The notes under the pieces were generated by a model, which saw only the letters and a program-made list of their open reading frames with translations, was not told the DNA's origin and made no database searches. From Octopus bimaculoides (lineage: Eukaryota), in the NCBI RefSeq assembly GCF_001194135.2, contig NC_068982.1:153969182-154005329 (forward strand): DNA of 36,148 nucleotides. The letters are read 5' to 3'. The position numbers were made by a program, and so were the translations under genes. How positions within the stretch are numbered: position 1 is the stretch's first letter; the number at the start of each line of letters is the position of its first letter. Positions 1 to 11,299 of the stretch are shown one piece after another.

Positions 1-41
1 AATCACGGAGGTGTGAGTTCGGGTCTCATAGCTGGCCGCCA
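1..41 (+). tRNA. 3' half of a second copy of the tRNA-like unit (cut by window edge)
   Basis: Identical to 315-355 and followed by a T7 run. Confidence 0.7.
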
Positions 42-274
42 ACAATTTTTTCTGCAAAATAGGAGTAACTTATCCTGTTCAGGCTATATTATTAGTATTA
101 TCCTGCGTTTGAGAATTTAAAATCACTTCTTTAACTTTCTAAGACATCTCAACGCTTTTAAAAGCAAACTTCGTTTGTTTATTTACGTTCATCGTAATTT
201 AAATTTAACGTATGATAGCGTCTCATAAAGCGAGATTTCTATACATCTTAAATTTGCAGAAGAATTTTTGGTGA

Positions 275-355
275 GGGCAGTTTAGCTTAATCGGTCTAGA
301 GCACCGCGACGCGTAATCACGGAGGTGTGAGTTCGGGTCTCATAGCTGGCCGCCA
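275..355 (+). tRNA. tRNA-like cloverleaf (Thr-CGT-like anticodon), non-canonical; pseudo-tRNA or tRNA-derived unit
   Basis: Acceptor GGGCAGTT/AGCTGGCC (1 mismatch); D-stem GCTT/GAGC; anticodon arm CCGCGA-CGCGTAA-TCACGG; T-arm GTGAG-TTCGGGT-CTCAT; then G-CCA and a T6 run. A-box TAGCTTAATCGG and B-box-like GAGTTCGGGTC are present. G33 and G58 deviate from the canonical U33 and A58. Confidence 0.7.
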
Positions 356-829
356 ACAATTTTTTCTGCAAAATAGGAGTAACTTATCCTGTTCAGGCTA
401 TATTATTAGTATTATCCTGCGTTTGAGAATTTAAAATCACTTCTTTAACTTTCTAAGACATCTCAACGCATCTAAAAGCAAATTTCGTTTGTTTGTTTAA
501 GTTCATATATGTGTGTGTGTGTTGTAAAGGTCAAGTTTACAGGGAATCCATAGTTTTGCCTATGTGCTTGTTCATTTGATATTCGAACTTGAAGTCACAT
601 TATAAACGGAAATTCTGGTTTCGTCTTAGATAACGGTACATATAATACATATGCGTACAAACATAGACGCCCACAGGTCCCGACCAGCTGGATCTTCACA
701 GTAAATCTTTCTCTACTCTCAATGTAAGAGTCAAATTATCAGTTAATGGTTGTTTGTTATTCTGAAACTTGCTTTAAAATTATAACGTTATTATATAACA
801 TATATGATTGTGTAATACGAAGTTTGCTT

Positions 830-1030
830 TAAGGCGGCGGCTCAGCGGTATTTCGTCTGCCGCTACGTTCTGAGTTCAAATTCCGCCGAGGTCGACTTTG
901 CCTTTCATCTTTTCGGGGTCGATTAAATAAGTACCAGTTACGCACTGGAGTCTATATAATCGGCTTGATCCGTTTGTCTGTCTTTGTTTGTCCCCTCTGT
1001 GTGTAGCCCCTTGTGGGCAGTAAAGAAATG
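830..1030 (+). mobile_element. tRNA-derived SINE with Deu/Nin-like central domain (family A)
   Basis: B-box-like GAGTTCAAATTCC followed by GAGGTCGACTTTGCCTTTCATC...GGGGTCGAT..ATAAGTACCAG. The motif recurs at 1085-1160 and, inverted, at about 31520-31570. Confidence 0.75.
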
Positions 1031-1037
1031 AGAAACA

Positions 1038-1217
1038 TTAACACGCCGGTCGAAATGCTTCGCGGTATTTCGCCTCTCTTTTCGTTCTCAGTTCAAATTC
1101 CGCCGAGATCGACTTTGCCTTTCTTCCTATCGGGGGTCGATAAACTAAGTACCAGTTGCATGCTGGGGTCGATCTAATCGACTAGCCCCTCCCCCAAAAT
1201 TTCGGGCCTTGTGCCTA
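1038..1217 (+). mobile_element. Second family-A SINE copy
   Basis: CAGTTCAAATTCCGCCGAGATCGACTTTGCCTTTC...GTCGATAAACTAAGTACCAGTT is homologous to 860-945. Confidence 0.75.
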
Positions 1218-1605
1218 GAGAAGTTTGCTTCCCAAACACATGGTTTCGAATTCAATCCCATCCCACTGCGTGACACCTTGGGCTGGTGCTTCTACAATAG
1301 CCTCGCGCCTACACGAGACCTGTGAGCGGATTTGATCGATGGAAATTGAAAGAATCCCGTCGTATATGTGTGTGCGTGCGCGCGCATGTGTGTGCTTGCA
1401 TCTCTGTATCTGTGTTTGACTCCCATTATCAGTTGACACTTGGTGTTTGCGTCCTCATAACTTAGCCGTTCGGCAAAACAGACCTATAAAATATATCCCT
1501 AGCTGAAAAAAAAAAACATAAGTGCTGAAATCGATTCATTCGACAAAAATTTCATGAAGGTGGCGCACCAGCGTGGCCACATTCTAATGATTGAAACACC
1601 TAAAA
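1218..1605 (+). mobile_element. tRNA-derived CORE-SINE (family B)
   Basis: B-box remnant, CORE-like GTGACACCTTGGGC..TGCTTCTACAATAGCC, internal (TG)n and a 3' segment shared with the copies at 13478, 20455 and 22130. Confidence 0.7.
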
Positions 1606-1609
1606 GAAC

Positions 1610-2120
1610 ACCTACATATACAGCAAGTGAAACAAAGAAGCAAAGTGATTAATCTAGTTGAGTTATCGGTTCCTCGTGAAGATAACATAGATGCTGCTCG
1701 GGCTCGAAGGATCGACCATTATGAAAACCTCCTCGAGGAATGTGAAGATGCAGGCTGGAAAGTAATGTATTTTCCAATCGAAGTCGGATGTAGAGGATTC
1801 GTTGGATACAGTGTGAGACGACTATTGTTGTCGCTAGTTCTAACTCATCGTAAAGCAAATACTACCATGAGAGATATCCAGATTACAGTGGAAAATGGAA
1901 GCCACTGGATTTGGTTCAAAAGAGACAATGAGCAATGGGCGAGAAAAATATTGAGCAAAACCTAATAAACAGTTGATCTTTCAAAAGGGTGCACAATGAT
2001 GCCGTTCAGAAGAAGGCTCCGAAACAGTGCACATTCTCTCTTGATGACCTCATAAACTTGCTAGCATCCGATATGCGGAGTTTTCAACTGGTAGCACTTG
2101 CATCTGCAAATTGTTTGCAT
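1610..2120 (+). mobile_element. 5'-truncated HERO-type (RLE) non-LTR retrotransposon: C-terminal restriction-like endonuclease plus 3' UTR
   Basis: ORF 1591-1965 contains VELSVPREDNIDAARARRIDHYENLLEEC..AGWKVMYFPIEVGCRGF..S...HWIWFKR, matching the ELTvPwE...K..KY..L.....GW....P.EVG.RGF...WiW.kR pattern of HERO/NeSL-like RLE domains. Confidence 0.8.
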
Positions 2121-2129
2121 TATATAAAT

Positions 2130-2405
2130 ATACAATAACACACGCATACATACACTCATACATACATACATACATACATACATACATACACACATACATA
2201 CACAAATACATACATACACACATGAATGCATACATACAGATAGATATACATGCAGACACACACATACATATACATACACACATACATACATGCATGCATA
2301 CATACATACATACACACATACATACATACATACATACATACATACATACACACATACTTACACACATACATACATACATACATACATACATACATACATA
2401 CACAC
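2130..2405. repeat. Compound (CATA)n/(CA)n microsatellite
   Basis: Direct inspection; the source of the MYVC/HTYI pseudo-ORFs. Confidence 0.97.
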
Positions 2406-2526
2406 AACGGCTAACACGCACAATGTTAATACAATCTGTAAGATTGTATCTTGTTAGAAAGCAGCTCCTTCCAAACTGGAAAACTACAAATAATTAAAAA
2501 TAGAAGAGAATATTCATACACACATA

Positions 2527-2772
<246 letters not shown>

Positions 2773-3338
2773 TTCACAAATACTTAAACATATGTTTCTG
2801 TTTATTTGTTACTGATTAGGAGGGAAATCGAAGTTTTAAAAAATCACCTCCAAATAAGGGGTCGTCTGGAAAACCATGTAAGACAAGCCAAACATTTAGA
2901 AAGTAATGAATCACGACGAAGTTTCTCGCTGAAAATCGATATATTTACCATGTTCCAACCACTATTTTCTGTTGTTTTTTTTTATTTTGTTTGGTTTTTT
3001 TGTATAAACTTGTGTTATATAATCTGTTATGGAAGCTGAATTAATAAAATTTTAAAATTATCTAACATACTATGAGCTAACAGCAGCTGCAAACTTAATG
3101 TCATACACCAATCGTCTTTTGCAACAGCTGATGAACAGTAAAAATCTATTGATTAATATAAATAATTACCAATGTTTTCTTAGTATTGGATTGAGTACCG
3201 TTGTCCGGGTCATTAGAATAATTATTAAATTATTATTGGCAAAGCAAGCTATAGATAAGAGCCGGATCCCAGTCCTTATTGCCAAATAAAATTATTTGTT
3301 ACCCTTTGGCATTAGTTTTGTCTTTGATTCAAAGCATA

Positions 3339-3389
3339 TTAAAACATGAAAACAACACGTCCGTCCGTCTTGTGAAGAATTCTCACACG
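3339..3389 (-). CDS. Candidate terminal exon (RVRILHKTDGRVVFMF*) of an unidentified minus-strand gene
   Basis: Acceptor GGCTTTAATTCAG, phase 0 (compatible with the 3747-3783 exon); AATAAA about 350 nt downstream. No homology recognised, and chance is not excluded. Confidence 0.25.
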   Translation of the reverse strand, partial: RVRILHKTDGRVVFMF

Positions 3390-3537
3390 CTGAATTAAAG
3401 CCAAACTTGCTATCTATTGTTTTTGTTTTGTTTTGTTTTATTTTTTTTTTTTTTTTGGAATATTATGGAGTAGTTATGCGGCGAGTATAGTCCAAAACCT
3501 TCTTTCATATACGGAACACATACACACTCACTCAAAC

Positions 3538-3540
<3 letters not shown>

Positions 3541-3624
<84 letters not shown>
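3541..3624. repeat. (CA)n microsatellite
   Basis: Direct inspection. Confidence 0.97.
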
Positions 3625-3626
<2 letters not shown>

Positions 3627-3746
3627 CACAACACACAAATACAGACTCATGTATAGATAATACATACATGCCTTCATATATACATAAAACTTTCACCCCT
3701 AAAATTTTGAGGAGCGGAAAAATTCAGTATTGCACTCTCTACTTAC

Positions 3747-3783
3747 CTTTCTCAGGTTTAGAAAACAGTGTTTAAAAATTGAT
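3747..3783 (-). CDS. Candidate 37-nt internal exon (SIFKHCFLNLRK)
   Basis: Strong acceptor AACTTTTTACAG| and donor AAG|GTAAGT; open only when read phase 2 to phase 0. No homology recognised. Confidence 0.35.
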
Positions 3784-3933
3784 CTGTAAAAAGTTGCTTG
3801 AAGTAAGGTTGCTTCACAAAATAAAATCAAAGAGCAAAACAAAATAAAAAGAACCCACACACACAAAAAAAGATTTCCTAGAAAGATATACTACTGACCT
3901 AAAGCTTCCTCAACATTAAAATTATACATTTTG

Positions 3934-3934
3934 A

Positions 3935-3965
<31 letters not shown>

Positions 3966-4065
3966 CGTGTGTATGTGTGTGTGTATGTGTGTATATGTGT
4001 GTGTGTGTCTGTGTGTGTGTGTGTGTGTCTGTCTGTCTGTCTGTGTCTATTTGTCCGTGTGTGTA
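3934..4065. repeat. (TG)n/(TCTG)n microsatellite
   Basis: Direct inspection. Confidence 0.95.
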
Positions 4066-4067
4066 TA

Positions 4068-6800
4068 AACAACCACGGCTACTCCTCATTACTAGCACAA
4101 TTGATGAACTATTAAACTCTACAATCAAGAGCCCTTCACAGTTCGGCTATCCACTTCCTCATTTCCTCGGAATACCACAATTGACATATCATCATCATTG
4201 TCATCATGTTCTACTGCTACTACCCTCATCATAAGTAAACAATGGCAACAACAACAAGCTCACCATCGGAAGTCACTCTTCAGTACTAGAACAATTGATA
4301 ACCTCTTAAATTACACAATCAAGAGCCCTCCACAGTCTAGCTATCCACTTCCACATTTCCTCTGAATACCATAACTGGCCCCTCATCATCATTACCATCA
4401 TTAAACAACACAGTCCCTAACTCTTCTCCACAGCCAGGAACTTAAATTCTTCTGAGAATGACACAAGAGATCTATCATCACAATTATCATCCTCTTCTTC
4501 TGCTACTACCAATACCACTACTACTCCAATTACTAAAGAAACATTCCCCCCAACACCAACACCAATGGCCGCCTCAATCTGAATGTATACCTGACAGCTC
4601 CATGATGAATCTGCCAACTGTAAATAAAATTATATTATGAACACACGAAACCCCAAAATATGCCGTTATTCTCAACGCGAGAAACTATACATACGTAGTG
4701 ACTGTAACTTCACCCATTTACCTGGGACAAGACGCACAATTTGTACAATCTATACCAGCCAACACCAAACTACACATATTACAACACCACCACTACCATT
4801 AAACGCTAAATCACACTTAATAACTTTTACACATGTAACTCAGTATCCCAAAATCTGTTGCTATTCCCAACGCAAAATATTATATCTAATGTGTGACTGT
4901 CTCTTTACTCATTTTCCAGGGACTCGATGCACTAGTAAAAGCATAACAGCAAACCACTACCAAATCCACAGTAGAAGCATCCCTGACAGTTGCATGTTGG
5001 TCCAGACTTTCATCGAAACCCAGAAGTCACTGGGTACAATAGTAAAATCAACAGCCGCAAACAGTATAACTATAACCATATTCAACAGTGCAACCATACC
5101 AACTCCAGACCACAACCCCGCCCAAAGCAAGAAAATTTTTTAAAGCTATGATGAATCTGGCAGAATAAAGAAATAAAAGAAAAACTTCTAGCTCTCAAAC
5201 AGCACCAACCACTGCTATTACCCCAGGGAAAACCACACAATTGCTGTCATTGACTGACAAACTCAACTCAATAATAATGCCGAATGTACGAGGCCTTTCA
5301 CACTTTACAAATAAAACAAAAGTATATCTTAGAGACCTTGCACAGTAAGAGAGATCTTGTACAGTGAGAAAGGGAAATATGTGTAGCACTAAGTGAAACA
5401 AACCTGACCCCAGACATATTGGATGCAGAAGTACATATGTCAGGTTATGTGCTGCCCAGAACTGACCACAGAATACGGAAACAAAGAGAAATAGCGATCT
5501 TCATCCAAGAAGACCTGGTAACAGATGTCCTCCTGTACGATACACTAATAATGTATGTGATTGACCTCAATTTGATCATAGGTATTACCTACTGTCTTGC
5601 TGATGCAGCTAACTACGGAGATCACTTCAAAGAAGCTTTGTCGTTCATAAATCAAATCCCAAATGAGCTCCACCCGCCGGCCAAGTGCTTTTAGCAGGGT
5701 CTTTAATTTTTCAAGTCTCAGCTGATCTGAGGGATATATCCAGCCTGATATTAAATAACTGGACAGGGGAGATATGAATGCTCTTTGTGATACCACTAAA
5801 GATTTCCTGATGCAACAAATTATCACCCGTCCAACTAGGGGAAATAAATATTCGACCTAGTCTTTACCACCAAGACAGACTTCATTCACAATGTTCTGGT
5901 CAATCCCACAGCTATTTCCGACCACAGCATGATACAATTACTAAAGAGGGCAACACACACAAATAACATTAAGCATGACTCACTCAGCATGAACTTGAAT
6001 TTCAGGAAGGCCAAATGGAAGGAAACCGAAACGGAAATCCTCAAAACATATTGATCTCTGCATATTGGGAAATTCAATGTTAACGAGGTAATGAAGTTTC
6101 AGTATGAAGAGTTAATCAGAATCTATTAAAAGCATTTCCCATATAAACTCACCTGTTCTCGCAAGCACTTAATTCCGCGTGATAGACGGATACTAATGTG
6201 TAACAGAACCAAACCAGCAAAACAACTAAAAAAAACTCTCTCAACAGATGCGATTGAGAAGAAAAAAATAAAGATCATCGAACTGGACCTAAAACTATCT
6301 CATGAAAAAGAAACTTCGCAAAGGGAACAACTAGCAGTGCAAAATACAAAATCTATTTTTAAGTTCTTTTTTCAACTTTGCTAAAGAAAAATTAACTACA
6401 CAAAACCAGGACTTTCTAATGGATCAAAATGGATCATATACAAATGACTCATCGCAAATATGCACATTCTTGAAGCATAAGTTTTCCATATATAATAACG
6501 TTTCTTTGTCGTGGTTTGAAGTTAATAGTAGCCACAGAGTTTATCAAGGTGTGTTGTTGCTGAAGGACCGTTGGCAACAACATACTTTGGTAAACTCAGT
6601 GGCTATTACTAACTTAAGGCCACGTCAGACAGAGAGGATGCTCTTGAAGCCAAGAATTTGAACTTACGGAGAAAATATTTACATATCGCCTGCTGAAACA
6701 CAACTAGATCTCATAATACTGGGAAACGGTTGCATGATATAGTACCTGCACGCCTGGAGGACTACGTTACGTAGAAACAATTGTAGTGATGAAAATAAAT
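4068..6800 (+). mobile_element. Decayed CR1/L2-group LINE: ORF1 remnant, APE endonuclease, linker, and post-RT C-terminus; RT core apparently deleted
   Basis: APE motifs NVRGL (about 5282), ALSETNL..DILDAEVHMSGYVLPRTD, QQIITRPTRGN..DLVFT and ISDHSMI (about 5920). A KS..KFFF motif and DQNGSYTND follow. Near 6700-6780 a frameshifted D-L-N-Y-W-E-R-L..L..L.RR-like tail is visible. Confidence 0.8.
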
Positions 6801-6829
6801 GTCCAACCGTTCTCCTGTTTGTATGCTTG

Positions 6830-6831
<2 letters not shown>

Positions 6832-6874
<43 letters not shown>

Positions 6875-6930
6875 NNNNNNNNNNNNNNNNNNNNNNNNNN
6901 NNNNNNNNNNNNNNNNNNNNNNNNNNNNNN

Positions 6931-6981
<51 letters not shown>

Positions 6982-7014
6982 TAGACAGACACACAGACAC
7001 ACAGACAGATACAT

Positions 7015-7045
<31 letters not shown>

Positions 7046-7078
7046 TACATACATACATACATACATACATACATACTT
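6832..7078. repeat. (TA)n, assembly gap 6875-6930, (AG)n, (CATA)n
   Basis: Direct inspection; the CATA tract abuts the RTE 3' end and may be its tail. Confidence 0.95.
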
Positions 7079-7084
7079 ATATAT

Positions 7085-7535
7085 GAAGGCAGTCCACTCG
7101 TGACCGAAGAAGACCATCACAGACATTAAAAACATTGAGCTCTCAGGCAAAACTCATATTCTACACTTGTGGCTTCACTGGTGCCTGATGAGCTCAGTTT
7201 TTAATAAACATACCGGTCCGCAGATATTGTTTTCCCCATTCCCTACTGGTGGTGCGTTTTCCAGCAGTTCGCATGAAAAATGCGTGATTAGAATTTTTTT
7301 CTTAAAATACCCGATCTTTCCTTTACATGTTTCCTCCATTGGTAGCGATGATAAGCATTGTTTCCCACTTGACCTATTTTCTACATGTCTTCAACGAGGA
7401 CATGTAGAAAGTCGTTGCCTTGGTTTCTTCTGTGAGCGTTTTCCACAACCAAGTTCGTAATATAGCATCTATTTAGAGATCTTCCGATCAAATACGTGCA
7501 TGCAGTCACATGCGCGCGCGCGCATAGCGTAATTC
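7085..7535 (-). mobile_element. RTE-clade LINE 3' end (5'-truncated, frameshifted)
   Basis: The minus strand encodes HV.RM..DRKISK*MLYYELGCGKRS.KKPRQR, then W..NAYHRYQWRKHVKE and a terminal HKCRI zinc-knuckle remnant, typical of RTE C-termini. Confidence 0.75.
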
Positions 7536-8289
7536 GCTAATAATGAATGGAGAAGAGCACAGCGCAATAAAGAACTAAATATATTGTATATAAAGAGTGT
7601 ATTTTCTTTTATTGAAGAAAGTGACAGCAGTGCATAGTTATTTGTTTCAATGCATAATCGCACATTATTAAAGGTCAGAAGAGTTTTGTATTAATAACCA
7701 GCTGCTGTTTATTTATAAGTTAAAACACAAAAGAATCGAGCTGAGAGAAACAGGTGGGTGTAGAGGGTCCCTTGTATTCATTTTACAAAAATTTAAATCA
7801 AAGGAGCCAAGGTATTGTTGATTTTATTGACAGCTGTGTTTCAGATCTTTATAGAATCAAACCAAAAATAACGAATATAATCTGAAATGAAGACCTAAAG
7901 AATAATTAGAGTCATCGAACAGCTAAGATTGTTTTAATCGGCAAACGGAACTATAAAAAAGACTAAAATCTAATACACGATCATATATCAGAACAGCGTG
8001 TAATCGAAAGGGAATATTCAATTTACTTAGTTGACACATAAATAGCATGGTTATAAAGCTTGGTCAGGAATAGTACGAATAAAAAAATATCAAAGGATTG
8101 AAATAATTTTAATTCAATGTACACAAGTATAGCTTAAGCAAAAACAGCCGATTCGATTTTAAAATGAAGAAGATCAGTAATTTTCTGTTAAATGGAAAGG
8201 CTTCACTTTATTGTATTTCTACATTGCATTCAGGTTGACAAAGTTACATGATACAGTTTGAAGATTCGCGACCAAATAACTGTGGTTGG

Positions 8290-8675
8290 ATTTTATGGAA
8301 TTTCCTAGCGGAGGCAATGCTGCCCTGGTTCAAGAAGGTGGCTGCTGGAAGACCCCATGTCGGGCAACACGATTCTACACCATGCGACACAAGCAGGAAA
8401 ACCCAGTCATGGCTGTCAGACAATTTCTGCGACCACATCACCCCTACCATCTAGCCACCTAAGTTCCTAGACTGCAACCGCCTTAATCATTATGTGTGGA
8501 GTGCAGTTGAATGAAAGACAAACAAAACTCCTTGTAACACCAAAGATGAACTGAAGGCAAGGATTATGTCAGCATTCACCAACTTAAGCAAGGATACCGT
8601 CCAGGAGAGTTGCAGGAGATTCCGAAGTCTTCATTTTTGCGTAATTTAGACGAAATTTATTCACCGTACTCTGTG
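8290..8675 (+). mobile_element. Tc1/mariner DD37D (maT-type) transposase C-terminal fragment with probable 3' TIR remnant
   Basis: MLPWFKKVAAGRPHVGQHD-x37-N(D)HYVWSAVE, including I*PPKFLDCNRL (decayed WPP.SPD.NPLD). Spacing counted as 37 codons. Confidence 0.8.
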
Positions 8676-8682
8676 TGTGTGT

Positions 8683-8713
<31 letters not shown>

Positions 8714-8995
8714 CATGCGTGTGTGTGTGTGTACACATATATATATACCCACTTATACATATATATTTAAATGTGTATTATTCTTTAACATGAATAGTAA
8801 GGACAGTGACATCGAAGTCTCAGCTATCATCGGACTATCCAATAATGGTGTAGCTGGTCGAAAACTCGAAGTCACTCTCAATAATATTCTTTTCGAAAAA
8901 TAATTAATTTGTACTCTACCAAATATATTGGGTAATCCTTCAATTTAATGTAAAATTATTTTTATTGCGACAAAAAAGAAAGATTAATACATAAA

Positions 8996-9904
8996 CGCAG
9001 TCTGATCAATAAGTAGCTGGTCTGTTGCTATGGTAATGAAGCTAAAGCATGCAGAGTGAAGCCGCCTGGCACAGATTAACTTTGAACTCTGTTGTGCATG
9101 CGCACTTAGTTTTAACGTTCTAACTCACTTCTGCTGTTTACAGCAGCGCTTGGAAGTAACGTGTGTAGCGCGTGTTCGTCGCACTGACTATGACAGACAA
9201 AGTTGAGCAGAGAATCTGCATCAAATTTTTCCAAAAGTTCGGCGATACCTCCTCAGAGGCCTACCCAAAGTTTTCAAAAAGTTTTCATCGTTCTCGACAC
9301 AATCAAAGAGATTTTATGCAACTGAAACCCGAGTTGTTGTTTTGTTTTTTTTTTCAGCTGAAAGCAGTTTTGGCACAAACTTGGCAGACATGCATCTCAT
9401 ACCCAAATCTTCAGTGATAAAGGACTGAACTTAACCGTAACTAATCTGCACATCCTCTGGTAATTCACGGATGATGATTCGACGATTACCTCTCATAACT
9501 GTACGCACATCTGCTACGTTTTTCTCAGTTCTGTTGGCTGCAGGTCTCCCAGAACCTTCGTCACTATCCTCATTTTTTTCGGCCATCTTGGAAACGTCTG
9601 AAGTAATTTTACACTTGCATGCGGCTCATACACTCCTCTTAATACACTTTCTTTCTGCAACTTTGCGTAGGCCTCTGAGCAGGCATCGTCATGACAACTT
9701 TCTCTGTCATGGTCAATGCGACGGTCACACTTTACACACGTTATTTCGAGACATTACTGTAAACAGCGGAAGTGAGTTAGAGCGTTAAAACTTAGTGCAT
9801 ATGCACAACAGAGGTCAAGGTCAATCCGTGTTGAGCGGCTTCACTCTGCGTGCTTTAGCTTCGTTACTATGGCAACAGTCCGGATACTTATTGGTCGCAC
9901 TTCG
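8996..9904. mobile_element. Mariner (DD34D-type) derivative made of two convergent 5' ends (long inverted repeat)
   Basis: 8996-9272 (+) encodes MTDKVEQRICIKF. 9904-9266 (-) encodes MTEKV...SGRP...SAKFVPKLL...ENDENFLK. The arms are about 80% identical over about 210 bp by eye, with TA at 9905-9906. Confidence 0.85.
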
Positions 9905-9939
9905 TATATGTGTATATGTCTATGTGTGTGTGTGTACTA

Positions 9940-10085
9940 CGAGCTTCTTTCAGTTTCCGTCTAGCGAGCCCTCTCAAAACTTTTGTTGACCTACGGCTGT
10001 AGTAGAAGACACTTGCCCAAGTGGCCATGAACACCAAACCATGAGGTAGTTAAGCAAATTTCTTACCACATAGTTTTGCTTGTGC
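9940..10085 (-). mobile_element. Family-B CORE-SINE, head region
   Basis: Reverse complement of the 1218-1360 region (TAGAAGACACTTGCCCAAG; TTCAGTTTCCGTCTA). Confidence 0.75.
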
Positions 10086-10828
10086 CTATTTGTGTGTACG
10101 TGTATATATACGTACATACATATACACATACCCATATGCACAAACACACACATGTTTATATACATTCACATACATACATACATATATGCATATGTGCGTG
10201 TGTGTATAATCCTATAGGAATACTATGTGTATCTGTGTTTGTGTGCGTATGAGCATAGTGACAGAAATGTGTATTTGTACACGCACAAATGGGGTTTTAA
10301 AGATGAAACTAGTCTCCATTAGTTGGAAAATACAACAGCCCAAAATTGATTTTAGAATAACTTCGAATATGGATCAAAAAGTTCACGACTTTGTATGTTT
10401 TGTTTTTGTCTTCAAGTGGCAGCCTTGTTTATTTTTGGAAACTTTTGTCTCTGAGAAGCAACATCACGCTTGATCATTGGTATATATCTCGACCGTTCTT
10501 GTATAAAAATGGAGCCTGGTAAATAATATGATTAATAAAAATAAAATATTAAATTAATAAAAACTTAGATCATTTCTATTCTTTGTTTCATCTTCATTGG
10601 CTTATTTTACGAAATATATATATTGGACAGTAACTCAGCTATAAATGTTTCTTAAAAGTATAAATGTACTATGCATAGGCGTAGGACGAGTAGGCGTTCT
10701 TACACTCCCATATTCGCAGACACACACACACACACACACACACACAAATATACGGATATTTTTATATGTTCTTGTATGTGTGCGTGGGTATGGGTATGTG
10801 TGTGTGCATGTGTGTAATACACTGTTCC

Positions 10829-10913
<85 letters not shown>

Positions 10914-11299
10914 TCCAAGCTAAGGCCAACCGAATAGAGACGGAAGCAAGTTATATATACCTACTGGCGCATGTATGTGTTTGTGTATGTCTGTGTTTCT
11001 GTGTGTCCGTGTGTTTGAGTGTTCGTATGTCCGTGTGTGTAGCAATACTTTTTCCATGCGTTACATAAAACTGACTCCAAGATAAAGAAATTGTTTAGAC
11101 ATGTATTTTTATTCATGGTATTTAAACATTTCACGTGACATCGTATTCCATACACTGTTACTAGGGAGTAACTTGTTGCTGATATCAGTTTGGTTGCGAA
11201 TATCCTATACGTGTAGAGCAGTAATTATAATATCTGCAGCCTAGGAAAAATTCCGGAGAATTTAAGACACATAGCCAAAGTCGACAATAAAAATTGAAA

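Larger units (their letters stand above)
1..506 (+). repeat. Tandem duplication, 314-bp period (1-192 matches 315-506); array probably continues left of the window
   Basis: AATCACGGAGGTGTGAGTTCGG starts at both 1 and 315. The copies are near-identical for about 155 bp (one T-run length difference), then diverge slightly, and the match ends at GTTCAT (187/501) next to a (TA)(TG)n tract. Confidence 0.95.

Noticed and set aside
1-506. CRISPR-like or repeat-spacer interpretation of the direct repeat
   Set aside because: Unit is 314 bp with no short repeat and unique spacer pattern; eukaryotic context with no cas genes.
3120-3150. CTGATGA boxes at about 3128, 7186 and 21498 as possible hammerheads or C/D snoRNA boxes
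   Set aside because: No GAAA partner, stems or matching D box nearby.
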